A stretch of 40,687 nt of DNA from Holosporaceae bacterium. GTDB lineage: Bacteria; Pseudomonadota; Alphaproteobacteria; Holosporales; Holosporaceae. Positions 26,573-35,456 of the stretch are shown piece after piece; position 1 is the first letter of the stretch; each line of letters starts with the position of its first letter. The stretch lies in the NCBI GenBank assembly GCA_964202705.1, contig CAXNJQ010000001.1, forward strand, positions 1 through 40,687. The letters run 5' to 3'. Under the pieces are notes generated by a model that saw nothing but the letters and a program-made list of their open reading frames with translations, was not told the origin of the DNA and ran no database searches. A program made the position numbers and the translations under genes.

Positions 26573-27319
26573 CTAGCAACACTGGCTGGAACAAATGGAA
26601 TCATGAAAGGATTGCCAACGTTCTGGCGTTAAAATATCCGTACTTGTTCCGCATATATACTGATTTCTAGCCAGCAACAATGTGTCTGGAAAATGCTGCA
26701 ACGCACGCAACCGATTGTGATGAGAGAGCAAAATAATGCGCCCCTGATCTTTCCATTGTTGAATCACCACGATTAAATCGTCGATGATGCGTTCGTCTAA
26801 TCCAGCAAAGGGTTCGTCCAAAAACATAATGGGGGTGGGTTTAATCCATAATCGGGCAAACAACAGGCGTTGAAATTGCCCCTCGGATAAGGATTGAATG
26901 GGCGAATGAACATAGGCCCCCAGTTTAAATTGATCCAAAGCAACCGATATATCGTGATGGGACAATGTGGGATGGCTGATGTTTAGAAATTCTTGAACAC
27001 GCAGCGGAAAGGATCGATCGCCTTGAAAACGTTGGGGTAAATAGGTCCAATCCTGCTGTTTTAACCCATATTTTTTGCCATTTTCTTGCCAACCCCAATG
27101 ACCAGAGGCCGGTTTTCTGATGCCCGACAATGTGTGAAACAGCGTGGTTTTGCCTCCACCATTGGGCCCCATAATGGATAAAATGGTTCCAGAATGGACA
27201 GAAAAACTTAGATCTTTTAAGATTTCAGCATCATCGTGATGGGCGGACAGTGCATGTACAAAAAAATGCTTTCCAGAATGGCTGCTGTAATCTTCGTAAC
27301 AATAAGGATCCATGGTCAT
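26573..27319 (-). CDS. ABC transporter ATP-binding protein (ZnuC/metal-type)
   Basis: GPNGGGKTT Walker A, LSEGQFQR signature, IMFLDEPFAGLD Walker B and LLSHH H-loop. The track ORF extends to 27547, but the first ~76 codons look non-coding. The start is placed at ATG 27319; 27313, 27334 and 27352 are also possible. Confidence 0.75.
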   Translation of the reverse strand: MTMDPYCYEDYSSHSGKHFFVHALSAHHDDAEILKDLSFSVHSGTILSIMGPNGGGKTTLFHTLSGIRKPASGHWGWQENGKKYGLKQQDWTYLPQRFQGDRSFPLRVQEFLNISHPTLSHHDISVALDQFKLGAYVHSPIQSLSEGQFQRLLFARLWIKPTPIMFLDEPFAGLDERIIDDLIVVIQQWKDQGRIILLSHHNRLRALQHFPDTLLLARNQYICGTSTDILTPERWQSFHDSICSSQCC

Positions 27320-27379
27320 ACGAGAAGGCTGCATGCTGGGGTACGTACGCATCACAATGGAAAAAGTATAGCACGATTT

Positions 27380-28492
27380 TTGCTCCCCATCATTGGGTTT
27401 TTTGCCTGTTGTTTTTCGGTCTTTTGTACGGAAAATCAGCCAAAATTTACCCCACAGCTGCACCCGCAATATGCCCAATGGACCTTGTGCCTGCAGGATA
27501 TGCGTACCCATTGGGCGAACACGCAACGCCCTGTGATTGCGGTGCATGATTTGGACTCAAAACATCCCGATTTTACGATTCTGGTACAGACATTGGAACA
27601 ATTGCATTTTCTGCCAAAGGATTCACAGCCAGCGGTGGATGGATCCGTTGTTGACGTTTTGGCCGTTCAAAATGCCTTAAAAGTCCTGCAAGGGGTGATG
27701 CATCTTCCCGTAACGGGCCTATTGGATCAAAAAACCGTTGATGCTTTAAATACGGAAAACAAGATTTTGCTGGAAAAAATAGACCATGTGCAAAAAGAAT
27801 GGCAAAAAATGGGTCCCTTGCCTAAACGTTACATTGTGTGCAATATTCCAGCCTTTACACTCGATGTCATGGACCATGGGGTGTCTGTATTGCACAGCCG
27901 GGTTATGGTGGGCAAAGTCCAATCCAAAACCCCAGAATTTTCTGGATTTATTTACAACATTGTTTTTAACCCTACATGGGTTTTACCCCGTTCTCAGTAC
28001 AAAATTTATGGCCCTTTGGTGGGCACAGAGGGCTATTATTGGAGTCATGGTAAATTATTGCAAAAACCTGGCCCCAAAAATCATTTGGGTCAAGTCAAAT
28101 TTTTAACCCGCCGCGCCGATGCCATTATTTTACACAGCACCCATGAACCAGAGTTGTTTTCTGACCCCCAACGGGCCCACAGCCTGGGCTGTATTCGTGT
28201 AGAATCTTTTCAAGATTTGGCGGAAAAGATTTTGTCCTGTGATGGGGTAAAATTATCCATTCCCAGCATATTGGATAAAAAAATTCAAAAACAAGTGACT
28301 TTAAAGCATCCTTTTCCCGTTTACGCCCTATACCACAGGTTGTGGATACAGAACGGTGTGATTCAATATTTTTCAGATGTTTATGACCATGATTTGGTGA
28401 AAAAAACTGGCGATTTGGTCCAAAACCATCGTCCGCTGGTGTCTCTTTTTCAAAAGGGTCGAATAAAAAATCAAAAAAAACAAATCCATTAA
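27380..28492 (+). CDS. L,D-transpeptidase (YkuD domain) with peptidoglycan-binding domain
   Basis: PG-binding-1-like VQNALKVLQGVMHLPVTGLLDQKTVDAL. YkuD core IPAFTLDV...NPTWVLP...ILHSTHEP...HSLGCIRVES (catalytic His/Cys). The track ORF starts at GTG 27236 but would then overlap the divergent ABC gene. TTG 27380 precedes the hydrophobic PIIGFFACCFSVFC segment. Start uncertain. Confidence 0.8.
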   Translation: MLPIIGFFACCFSVFCTENQPKFTPQLHPQYAQWTLCLQDMRTHWANTQRPVIAVHDLDSKHPDFTILVQTLEQLHFLPKDSQPAVDGSVVDVLAVQNALKVLQGVMHLPVTGLLDQKTVDALNTENKILLEKIDHVQKEWQKMGPLPKRYIVCNIPAFTLDVMDHGVSVLHSRVMVGKVQSKTPEFSGFIYNIVFNPTWVLPRSQYKIYGPLVGTEGYYWSHGKLLQKPGPKNHLGQVKFLTRRADAIILHSTHEPELFSDPQRAHSLGCIRVESFQDLAEKILSCDGVKLSIPSILDKKIQKQVTLKHPFPVYALYHRLWIQNGVIQYFSDVYDHDLVKKTGDLVQNHRPLVSLFQKGRIKNQKKQIH

Positions 28493-28546
28493 CCTGTAAA
28501 AAATATCATCCGTGAAATAATAACAAAAAAGTTATGGAGAAAAACC

Positions 28547-28867
28547 ATGGAGAAAAAAGATCATCAGCAAACGTTGACCCGTGCTTGTTTACGCGATGCG
28601 TTACAAAACCAACTGGGTATGTCAATGGAAAAAGCCAATGTGATACTGGAATCGATTTTAACAGAGCTCAGCCATTTGATTGCAAAAAGCGACTATGTCA
28701 AAATTATTGGATTTGGTACATTTTTGATTCACAATAAAAAGGAACGCTTGGGCAGAAATCCAAAAACCAAAGTAGCGGCCGTTATTGCTGCGCGAAAAAG
28801 CGTCAGTTTTCGACCATCCTTGAATTTGCGCCAAGTGGTGAATAAACAGGGCCAGCATACGGCATAA
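28547..28867 (+). CDS. ihfA: integration host factor subunit alpha
   Basis: LTRACLRDALQNQLGMSMEKAN...VKIIGFGTFLIHNKKERLGRNPKTKVAAVIAARKSVSFRPSLNLRQVV matches the IHF-alpha pattern. Confidence 0.8.
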   Translation: MEKKDHQQTLTRACLRDALQNQLGMSMEKANVILESILTELSHLIAKSDYVKIIGFGTFLIHNKKERLGRNPKTKVAAVIAARKSVSFRPSLNLRQVVNKQGQHTA

Positions 28868-28914
28868 CAGAATCCCCATCTGGCAGTGTTTCCCGCAGAG
28901 CCCATGGTGGGGGC

Positions 28915-28978
28915 GCTGTAATAGGTCTGGCAACCTAGATGGGCTGTAATAGGTCTGGCAACCTAGATGGGCTGTAAT
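28915..28978. repeat. 28-bp tandem direct repeat, 2 full units plus 8 nt
   Basis: GCTGTAATAGGTCTGGCAACCTAGATGG occurs at 28915-28942 and 28943-28970, then GCTGTAAT at 28971-28978. Overlaps the last codons and TAG stop of trmB on the minus strand. Confidence 0.9.
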
Positions 28979-29697
28979 TGCCAAATGCTGAATGCGCAGG
29001 GAATATGATTAGCCACGGCTTTATCTCGATAACGCGATGACGGCCAATGCTCTGGCCAATGGGGAAAATGGGCTGCATCTGCTGTTCGTGCACCATCGAT
29101 ACACTGCCAGCGTGGGTGTTCATGCAAAATGGTTAGGGTGTGTTCAATTAATCCAGGATGATCGCTGGCAAAATGAAATAATCCACCTGGTTTAACATAA
29201 CGGGCACACAAGTCTAAAAACGCCGGTTGAACCATGCGCCGGCCAGCATGGCGTCGTTTGCGCCATGGATCTGGAAAAAACAGGATAACGCCGTCCAGGC
29301 ATGACTGTGATAAGCTGGGCCACAACTCTTGTACTGGGTCGGAAAAAATGGCACAGCGTTCTTCAAAGGCCTCTGGTAAAGCTTGAACACAATGAATGAC
29401 CCCGTTGATAAAGGCCTCGACACCGATGATGCTGCGCTGGGGATATTGACACAGCCATTGATTCAAGTGCTCGCCAGATCCAAACCCAATTTCTAACCAT
29501 AATTCCTTTGGCCATTGTTCTTGCCATTTTTTCACATCCAGATTTTTTAAACGATCCATGGTGTGCTGATATAACGTTTTGGGTAAAACGCGTCCTTTTC
29601 GGCGACCATAAAATACTGGTTTGCGTAAATCTGGATTGTGGGCATCAGGCCCCTGGGGGGTGCCATCACGGATGGGATGTTCGAAATCGTTAAGCAC
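28963..29697 (-). CDS. trmB: tRNA (guanine-N7)-methyltransferase
   Basis: LEIGFGSGEHL SAM motif and FFPDPWRKRRHAGRRMV, a TrmB signature. The track ORF runs to 29835 inside glmM. GTG 29697 gives a GTGCTTAA overlap with the glmM stop and a ~244-aa protein. Confidence 0.85.
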   Translation of the reverse strand: MLNDFEHPIRDGTPQGPDAHNPDLRKPVFYGRRKGRVLPKTLYQHTMDRLKNLDVKKWQEQWPKELWLEIGFGSGEHLNQWLCQYPQRSIIGVEAFINGVIHCVQALPEAFEERCAIFSDPVQELWPSLSQSCLDGVILFFPDPWRKRRHAGRRMVQPAFLDLCARYVKPGGLFHFASDHPGLIEHTLTILHEHPRWQCIDGARTADAAHFPHWPEHWPSSRYRDKAVANHIPCAFSIWQLQPI

Positions 29698-31156
29698 GGT
29701 TGCCCTCCAGTGCGCACTGTTGTTCGTCCAGATCTTTGGCAATGGTTTGGGCCAGATGAGAGACAAATTCCTGGCTTGCCCCTTCGACCAAAATGCGTAA
29801 CAAAGGTTCTGTACCCGATTGCCGCAGCAAAACACGCTGGCCCTCTCCCATTTGGCTCTGTATTTTTTGATAATAATCTAAAAATTTTGGATGCTGAGAA
29901 AACTGGGGCACCCGTAAAGTCATGTTCACCATGGCCGATGGGGTGGGCTGAAAAATGGGGAACAGGGATGGATCATGGCGTCCAGTGTTCCCATAACGAT
30001 GAATGTGGGTTCCAATATGATGCAATGCGTGTAATCCGGCCAATAATCCGTCACCTGTGGGTAATGCATCGGCCAGGATAATATGACCGCACGATTCCCC
30101 ACCCAAGGTCCATCCCAATTCTTTTAGTTTTTGAGCAATCCATCGATCGCCCACATGGGTGCGTACAAAAGGAATGTGCTTGGATTGTAAAAACCGCTCC
30201 AAACCCAGATTAGACAGCACCGTACCCACCACACCAGAGGATGCCGGCTGGGGCACCTGGGGTTCAGAGGCGCTGTTCCCAAAATGTTCCGGCCCTGTAT
30301 CCATGGTGCCCAGTCCAATGAGTGCCTTGTGTGCCCCAAACCTCTTTTCCGCCAAAAGAGCCAAAATTTGATCGCCATCTTGGATTTTACCATCAGCCGT
30401 TACCAAAATAACCCGATCCCCATCGCCGTCAAAACTGATGCCCACATCGGCGCCATGGTGTACCACGGCATACGCCAGACGTTGGGGATAAACGGACCCA
30501 CATTCCGCATTAATATTATGGCCATCGGGGCTGGCCCCCAAAACATCCACCACATGTGCGCCCTTTTCTTGCAAAATATGGGCCGCAGTGGTGCTGTACG
30601 CCCCATGGGCACAATCGACCACAATACGTAAACCGGGTAATTCCGGACTGTTTTGGATTAAAAAATCTCGGTATTCTTGTACATAATCGGGCCCACTGTA
30701 AATGGGCGTGCTGGCGGAACCGTAATGGTTTTCGCCGCTATGATCCCCTGAAATATAAGAAGAAATAACCTGCTCTTGATCAATGGACAGTTTCTCGCCA
30801 ACGCGGTTGAAAATTTTAATGCCATTGTACATGGCCGGATTATGAGAGGCTGAAATCATTAATCCTGCAGAGGCGCTGTGGGCGCGGGTTAAAAAAGAAA
30901 CGGCTGGCGTAGGGGCACACCCAATGGAAATGGTGGATATGCCACAAGAGCCCAAACCACCACACAAGGCCTGTTCAATGGCGTGACATGATGCCCGCGT
31001 GTCTTTACCAATGAATACAAAGGGTTTCGTCGAATCGTGATCCAAAATCCATCGACCCAAAGCCACGCCCAGAGACCACATCCCCATAGGTGTCAGCGGG
31101 TAATGCCCATACAGTCCACGAATGCCATCGGTTCCAAAAAAACAACCCCCCTTCAT
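29690..31156 (-). CDS. glmM: phosphoglucosamine mutase
   Basis: FGTDGIRG, SASHNPAMYNGIK (active-site Ser), FDGDGDRV and GGESCGHI. Carries an extra ~25-aa segment (GTMDTGPEHFGNSASEPQVPQPASSG) not seen in typical GlmM. Confidence 0.95.
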   Translation of the reverse strand: MKGGCFFGTDGIRGLYGHYPLTPMGMWSLGVALGRWILDHDSTKPFVFIGKDTRASCHAIEQALCGGLGSCGISTISIGCAPTPAVSFLTRAHSASAGLMISASHNPAMYNGIKIFNRVGEKLSIDQEQVISSYISGDHSGENHYGSASTPIYSGPDYVQEYRDFLIQNSPELPGLRIVVDCAHGAYSTTAAHILQEKGAHVVDVLGASPDGHNINAECGSVYPQRLAYAVVHHGADVGISFDGDGDRVILVTADGKIQDGDQILALLAEKRFGAHKALIGLGTMDTGPEHFGNSASEPQVPQPASSGVVGTVLSNLGLERFLQSKHIPFVRTHVGDRWIAQKLKELGWTLGGESCGHIILADALPTGDGLLAGLHALHHIGTHIHRYGNTGRHDPSLFPIFQPTPSAMVNMTLRVPQFSQHPKFLDYYQKIQSQMGEGQRVLLRQSGTEPLLRILVEGASQEFVSHLAQTIAKDLDEQQCALEGNRA

Positions 31157-31761
31157 TCTTCAACCTTTCGGGTATAACGCCACAGATTGGCCGGAGGAAT
31201 ATTGCTCCAAGCACGCCCCATATGGGTTTTGCCCATGCCATAACGTTCTTCTGAAATGGATGAAAATGGACTGTATGTAATTTGTAATAAAGATCCGCAA
31301 GGGTGTAAAACCTCTAGACACGATTGCAGAATTTTTTCTTGAACAACAGCAGACAGGCTTAACATGGGCAAACCAGAAACAATGACCCCAACCCGACCAA
31401 TGAGTTCTTTTGGCAACAAATCCGTTAAAAAAGCCGCATTTCCCTGGATAATCGGCAGGCTTGGAAATCGATTTTTTAAAAAAGAAATCAAAGTCGGATC
31501 CAGTTCCATGGCAATCAAACGTTCTGGGGATAATCCCGCATCCAGCAAACCCTTTGTAAACCGCCCCGTCCCCGAACCCAGTTCCAAAACAATACAGTCA
31601 TCAGACAAACCATCCAGAGCACATCGCGAAATTAAATTGGTCAATGCCCGAGAACTGGGCATAATGGACCCCATTTGAAAAGGATTGCGCGCCCACTGTT
31701 TGATAAACGTCACCGTTTCTCGAAAGGTCTCTTTTTGGGTTTTCGTCATAAAAAAGGGCAT
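31153..31761 (-). CDS. class I SAM-dependent methyltransferase (COG3963 / phospholipid N-methyltransferase-like)
   Basis: NPFQMGSIMPSSRAL N-terminal block followed by VLELGSGTGRFT and LIAMELDP. The stop overlaps the glmM start (4-nt overlap). Confidence 0.65.
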   Translation of the reverse strand: MPFFMTKTQKETFRETVTFIKQWARNPFQMGSIMPSSRALTNLISRCALDGLSDDCIVLELGSGTGRFTKGLLDAGLSPERLIAMELDPTLISFLKNRFPSLPIIQGNAAFLTDLLPKELIGRVGVIVSGLPMLSLSAVVQEKILQSCLEVLHPCGSLLQITYSPFSSISEERYGMGKTHMGRAWSNIPPANLWRYTRKVEE

Positions 31762-31808
31762 AACGGTACATCAGGTTCGTAACATGATAATAAAAATATA
31801 TAGAAATA

Positions 31809-32372
31809 TCAAGAATCGGCACGCTTTTTTCTGGAAAACACGTGGCTGACCAGGATCACGCAGCTGATGATCCCAAAGACAACCCATTCAATATTCTTCA
31901 TATTATCCCCCAACAGATGGCCCAAAAAATACCCCAAGGCACAGCTGATGATGGTCCATAATCCGGCAGATAGGATATTGAGAATGGAAAACCGTTTAAA
32001 GGAAACCCCTTGGGCACCAATAATAAATGGACTGATGATGCGAATGCCGTAAATAAATCGAAAGGACAAGATGTATACGGTTTCATTCCGTTTGATGAAA
32101 TCCAATGCCTTGTTGATATTGTCCTGCCAGCTGGGAAAACGGCGTTTTAAAGCCTGAACAGAGCGCGGTCCATAATGATGCCCTAAAAAGTAAATCATTT
32201 GATCGGCCATCAGGGTTCCTGTAAAGGTCAAGGCTGCCACACCCCAAATGGATAGAATACCCGTAGACGCCAAGGCGCTGGCCGTTAAAATGATGCTTTC
32301 ACCCTCGATCATGGCGCCCAAAAAAACGGTCAAATATCCGTAATCTTGAATAAACTCTTGCAGTGAGAACAT
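31809..32372 (-). CDS. dedA: DedA-family inner-membrane protein
   Basis: YGYLTVFLGAMIEGESIILTA..., the ...F(R)FIYG.R...P.. pattern, and multiple TM segments. Confidence 0.8.
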   Translation of the reverse strand: MFSLQEFIQDYGYLTVFLGAMIEGESIILTASALASTGILSIWGVAALTFTGTLMADQMIYFLGHHYGPRSVQALKRRFPSWQDNINKALDFIKRNETVYILSFRFIYGIRIISPFIIGAQGVSFKRFSILNILSAGLWTIISCALGYFLGHLLGDNMKNIEWVVFGIISCVILVSHVFSRKKRADS

Positions 32373-32520
32373 AGATAATCAAAAATAAATCCGTAATTTA
32401 ATCTTAACATAGGCCACACCAAAGAATCAAAGCCCGGCCAATAACGCGTGCCAGAGGGCAGCTTTTCCTGGACTTTGTCTTGGGTTATACTGTGGAAACC
32501 ATCAAGGAACAGGAACAGTC

Positions 32521-35193
32521 GTGGACGCCCATTATGCATTTCAATCGTGTGAATCCCACGTTCGCATGTGGTGGGACCAGGTTCATGCTGGGCGTAAGGG
32601 GGACAACAAACGCCAGGATGAGGCCAAAAAACCCTATACCATTATTATGCCACCGCCCAATGTCACAGGATCACTGCATTTAGGGCATGCTTTGTCGTCG
32701 ACTTTTCAAGATATTTTGGCCCGTTTTCATCGCATGAAAGGTCGAGACGTGGTCTGGGTTCCAGGCACCGATCATGCAGGGATTGCCACCCAAATGATGG
32801 TGGAAAAACAGGCCATATCCCAGGGCACCACGCGGGCAGAATTGGGAAGAGAAGCCTTTGTTGGGTGCATTTGGGATTGGAAAAATCTGTACGGCGATTT
32901 GATTATAGAGCAAATGAAACGCTTGGGGTTTTCTGCCGATTGGGATCGATTATGCTTTACCCTCGACCCCCATATGAATGCAGCCGTCAATCACGCCTTT
33001 GTGACGTTGCACGACCGGGGGCATGTGTATCGTGCCCAACGCTTGGTGAACTGGGATGGTCAGCTGAAAACGGCGTTATCGGATCTAGAAGTTACCAATC
33101 AGACCATGGCTGGAACCTTGTGGGATATTGCTTATGCCATAGAAGGTGGGCAAGCAGGCCAATCCATTGTGGTGGCGACCACGCGCCCTGAAACCCTGTT
33201 TGGCGATGTGGCCATTGCGGTGCATCCAGAAGACGTACGATACCAATCCTTGGTGGGCAAGCAGGTGCGCATTCCCTTAAGCCATCGCAGCATACCCATT
33301 ATTGCAGACTCTGGCGTGGATCCTGAAAAGGGAACGGGCGCAGTAAAGGTTACCCCAGCCCATGATTTTAAGGATTTTGATATGGGGCAACGCCATGGAT
33401 TGCCCATGGTGTCTATTTTAACCGACGATAATACCCTGAATGATCAGGTGCCTGAAATGTTTCGTGGTTTGGGTTGTTCGGATGCGCGCACGGCCGTTCT
33501 AGAAGCTCTGGCAGAGGCCGTTGTGGGGCAAACCAACATTATGCATGCCGTTCCCATCAGCGAACGTTCCGGAACCATTGTGGAACCACGGGTCACATTG
33601 CAATGGTTTATCGATATGCAAACCATGGCCCATCAGGCCATTGATGCCATAGAAGCAGGAAAAATGCGTTTTGTGCCCAAAGAATGGACCAATAATGCTT
33701 TGCAATGGTTGCGCAATATTCAACCCTGGTGTGTATCGCGCCAATTGTGGTGGGGCCATCGATTGCCGGTCTGGTATGGTCCGGAAAACAGTGTTTTTGT
33801 GGCCCATGATGCCGATTCAGCCCAGGCTTTGGCCGCAGAAAAGTGGGGCACAAACGTTGTCTTGCGTCAAGATGACGATGTGTTGGACACGTGGTTTTCT
33901 TCTGGATTATGGCCTTTTTCAACGTTGGGTTGGCCCACAGAAACGACCGATTTAAATGATCGATACCCCACGGATGTATTGGTCACAGGTTTTGATATCA
34001 TTTTCTTTTGGGTCGCCCGCATGATGATGTTGGGGTTGGAACTGACCAATCGTGTGCCCTTTGGTGACATCTATATTCACCCATTGATTCGTGATGCTCT
34101 AGGTCAAAAGATGTCAAAAACCAAGAAAAATGTGGTTAACCCCCTGGAAATAATCGATTCTCATGGGGCTGATGCGTTACGTTTTGCCCTCAGCAGTGCC
34201 ACATGCGGCAAGCAGCACATGCGATTTAGTCTGAATAATGTGGAGCAATCCAGTCAATTTATCAACAAAATTTGGAATGTCATGCGCTTTGCAAATGCCC
34301 GCGGGGTGATGGCCTCTATGCACAATCCAGAAACGGTATTGTCTGTTCCTGTTGATGTAAAGGATCCCTTGAATCAGTGGATGTTGGTGCGTGTATCGGA
34401 AAGTCTAGAGTGCATTAATGGGCACATACAGGCCTATCGATTTTCCGATGCAGCAAGGGCTGTGCATCACTTTATTTGGCATATCGTGTGCGATTGGTAT
34501 GTGGAATGGGCCAAAAGAGAGTGGGATCATGCCAGCCGCGGTGCAGAAGTACAGCGCGTATTCTTGTTTATATTGGGATTTATGATTCGCATTTTGCACC
34601 CCTTTATGCCCGTCATTACGGAAAAAATATGGCATGATCTGACGGGGGAAAAAGGGACGCTGTTTTTAACCAACTGGCCAGAATATTGTGCAAAGGATAC
34701 GCCTGTAACCCAAGCTTGGGGCCTGATACACGAAGCCATCATGATGGTTCGGCGTGTGCGATCCTTGTTTGCCATCCCTGTGGCCCATTGTTTAGGACAG
34801 TTGACGTTGCATCATGCCTGTCCAGAGGTGCTGGGCTGTGTGGCCCTTTACCAGGATGGATTATGTCAGTGGTTGGGATTATCTGGGTTCAGTGTGGACA
34901 GGGCAGACCTTGCTGTTTCTGGGCAATTGGTCTTTTCTTTGTCATCAGGGGTGCTGGTTATTCCCATCAGTGAATCTGTGGATACGGCTGCGGCCTTGTT
35001 GCGCTTGAAAAAAGATCAAGAAAAAGAGCAAAAAGAAATAGATAATCTGGAAAAACGTCTGCTTGATGTGCGTAATCAGCCATTAACGCCCGAAGAAATC
35101 ATCGAAGATTTGGAAATCCGTTATGGTGATAAAAAAATAGCACTAGAGCACATTAACCAGACCATTCACGCGGTTTTGGCCGTTGCGCTTTAG
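32521..35193 (+). CDS. valS: valine--tRNA ligase
   Basis: PPPNVTGSLHLGHAL (HIGH), KMSKTKKN (KMSKS), CP1 editing domain and a C-terminal coiled coil. GTG start in the track. Confidence 0.95.
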   Translation: MDAHYAFQSCESHVRMWWDQVHAGRKGDNKRQDEAKKPYTIIMPPPNVTGSLHLGHALSSTFQDILARFHRMKGRDVVWVPGTDHAGIATQMMVEKQAISQGTTRAELGREAFVGCIWDWKNLYGDLIIEQMKRLGFSADWDRLCFTLDPHMNAAVNHAFVTLHDRGHVYRAQRLVNWDGQLKTALSDLEVTNQTMAGTLWDIAYAIEGGQAGQSIVVATTRPETLFGDVAIAVHPEDVRYQSLVGKQVRIPLSHRSIPIIADSGVDPEKGTGAVKVTPAHDFKDFDMGQRHGLPMVSILTDDNTLNDQVPEMFRGLGCSDARTAVLEALAEAVVGQTNIMHAVPISERSGTIVEPRVTLQWFIDMQTMAHQAIDAIEAGKMRFVPKEWTNNALQWLRNIQPWCVSRQLWWGHRLPVWYGPENSVFVAHDADSAQALAAEKWGTNVVLRQDDDVLDTWFSSGLWPFSTLGWPTETTDLNDRYPTDVLVTGFDIIFFWVARMMMLGLELTNRVPFGDIYIHPLIRDALGQKMSKTKKNVVNPLEIIDSHGADALRFALSSATCGKQHMRFSLNNVEQSSQFINKIWNVMRFANARGVMASMHNPETVLSVPVDVKDPLNQWMLVRVSESLECINGHIQAYRFSDAARAVHHFIWHIVCDWYVEWAKREWDHASRGAEVQRVFLFILGFMIRILHPFMPVITEKIWHDLTGEKGTLFLTNWPEYCAKDTPVTQAWGLIHEAIMMVRRVRSLFAIPVAHCLGQLTLHHACPEVLGCVALYQDGLCQWLGLSGFSVDRADLAVSGQLVFSLSSGVLVIPISESVDTAAALLRLKKDQEKEQKEIDNLEKRLLDVRNQPLTPEEIIEDLEIRYGDKKIALEHINQTIHAVLAVAL

Positions 35194-35456
35194 GGCGCAG
35201 AGATTAAAAAAGAGAATGGTTTCAGAGGGTGGCATAGAGTGACCGGGGCCCAGTGGTACGTGAGCACGGGCGGCAGGATAGCAGAGGTGAAGAGGCTGCA
35301 GTGAAGGAGAAAGTGGTGCCAACAGATCATACTGGCCAGCATTCGGCAGTGATGGGGGGCATCCCCTTTTCTCTGGTTGCCTTCTTGTTGTAATACCAGG
35401 CAAAGCGGCTATCCGTTAAAGCCCTTGCGCTGGTTTCCTTAACATGGAAAACCCAG

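Noticed and set aside
28534-28560. Duplicated ATGGAGAAAAA 13 nt apart at the ihfA start (28534 and 28547).
   Set aside because: Only the second is in frame with the conserved IHF sequence. The first opens the unrelated 67-aa frame. This is a curiosity without evident function.
35194-35456. Tested the spacer by eye for SRP/4.5S RNA (GGAA tetraloop with AGCA bulge), tmRNA (T-loop GGTTCGA, tag ORF), RNase P (GAGGAAAGTCC) and 6S RNA.
   Set aside because: None of the diagnostic motifs is present on either strand, and only a generic closing-helix possibility remains. It is therefore reported as an unexplained region, not as a named RNA.
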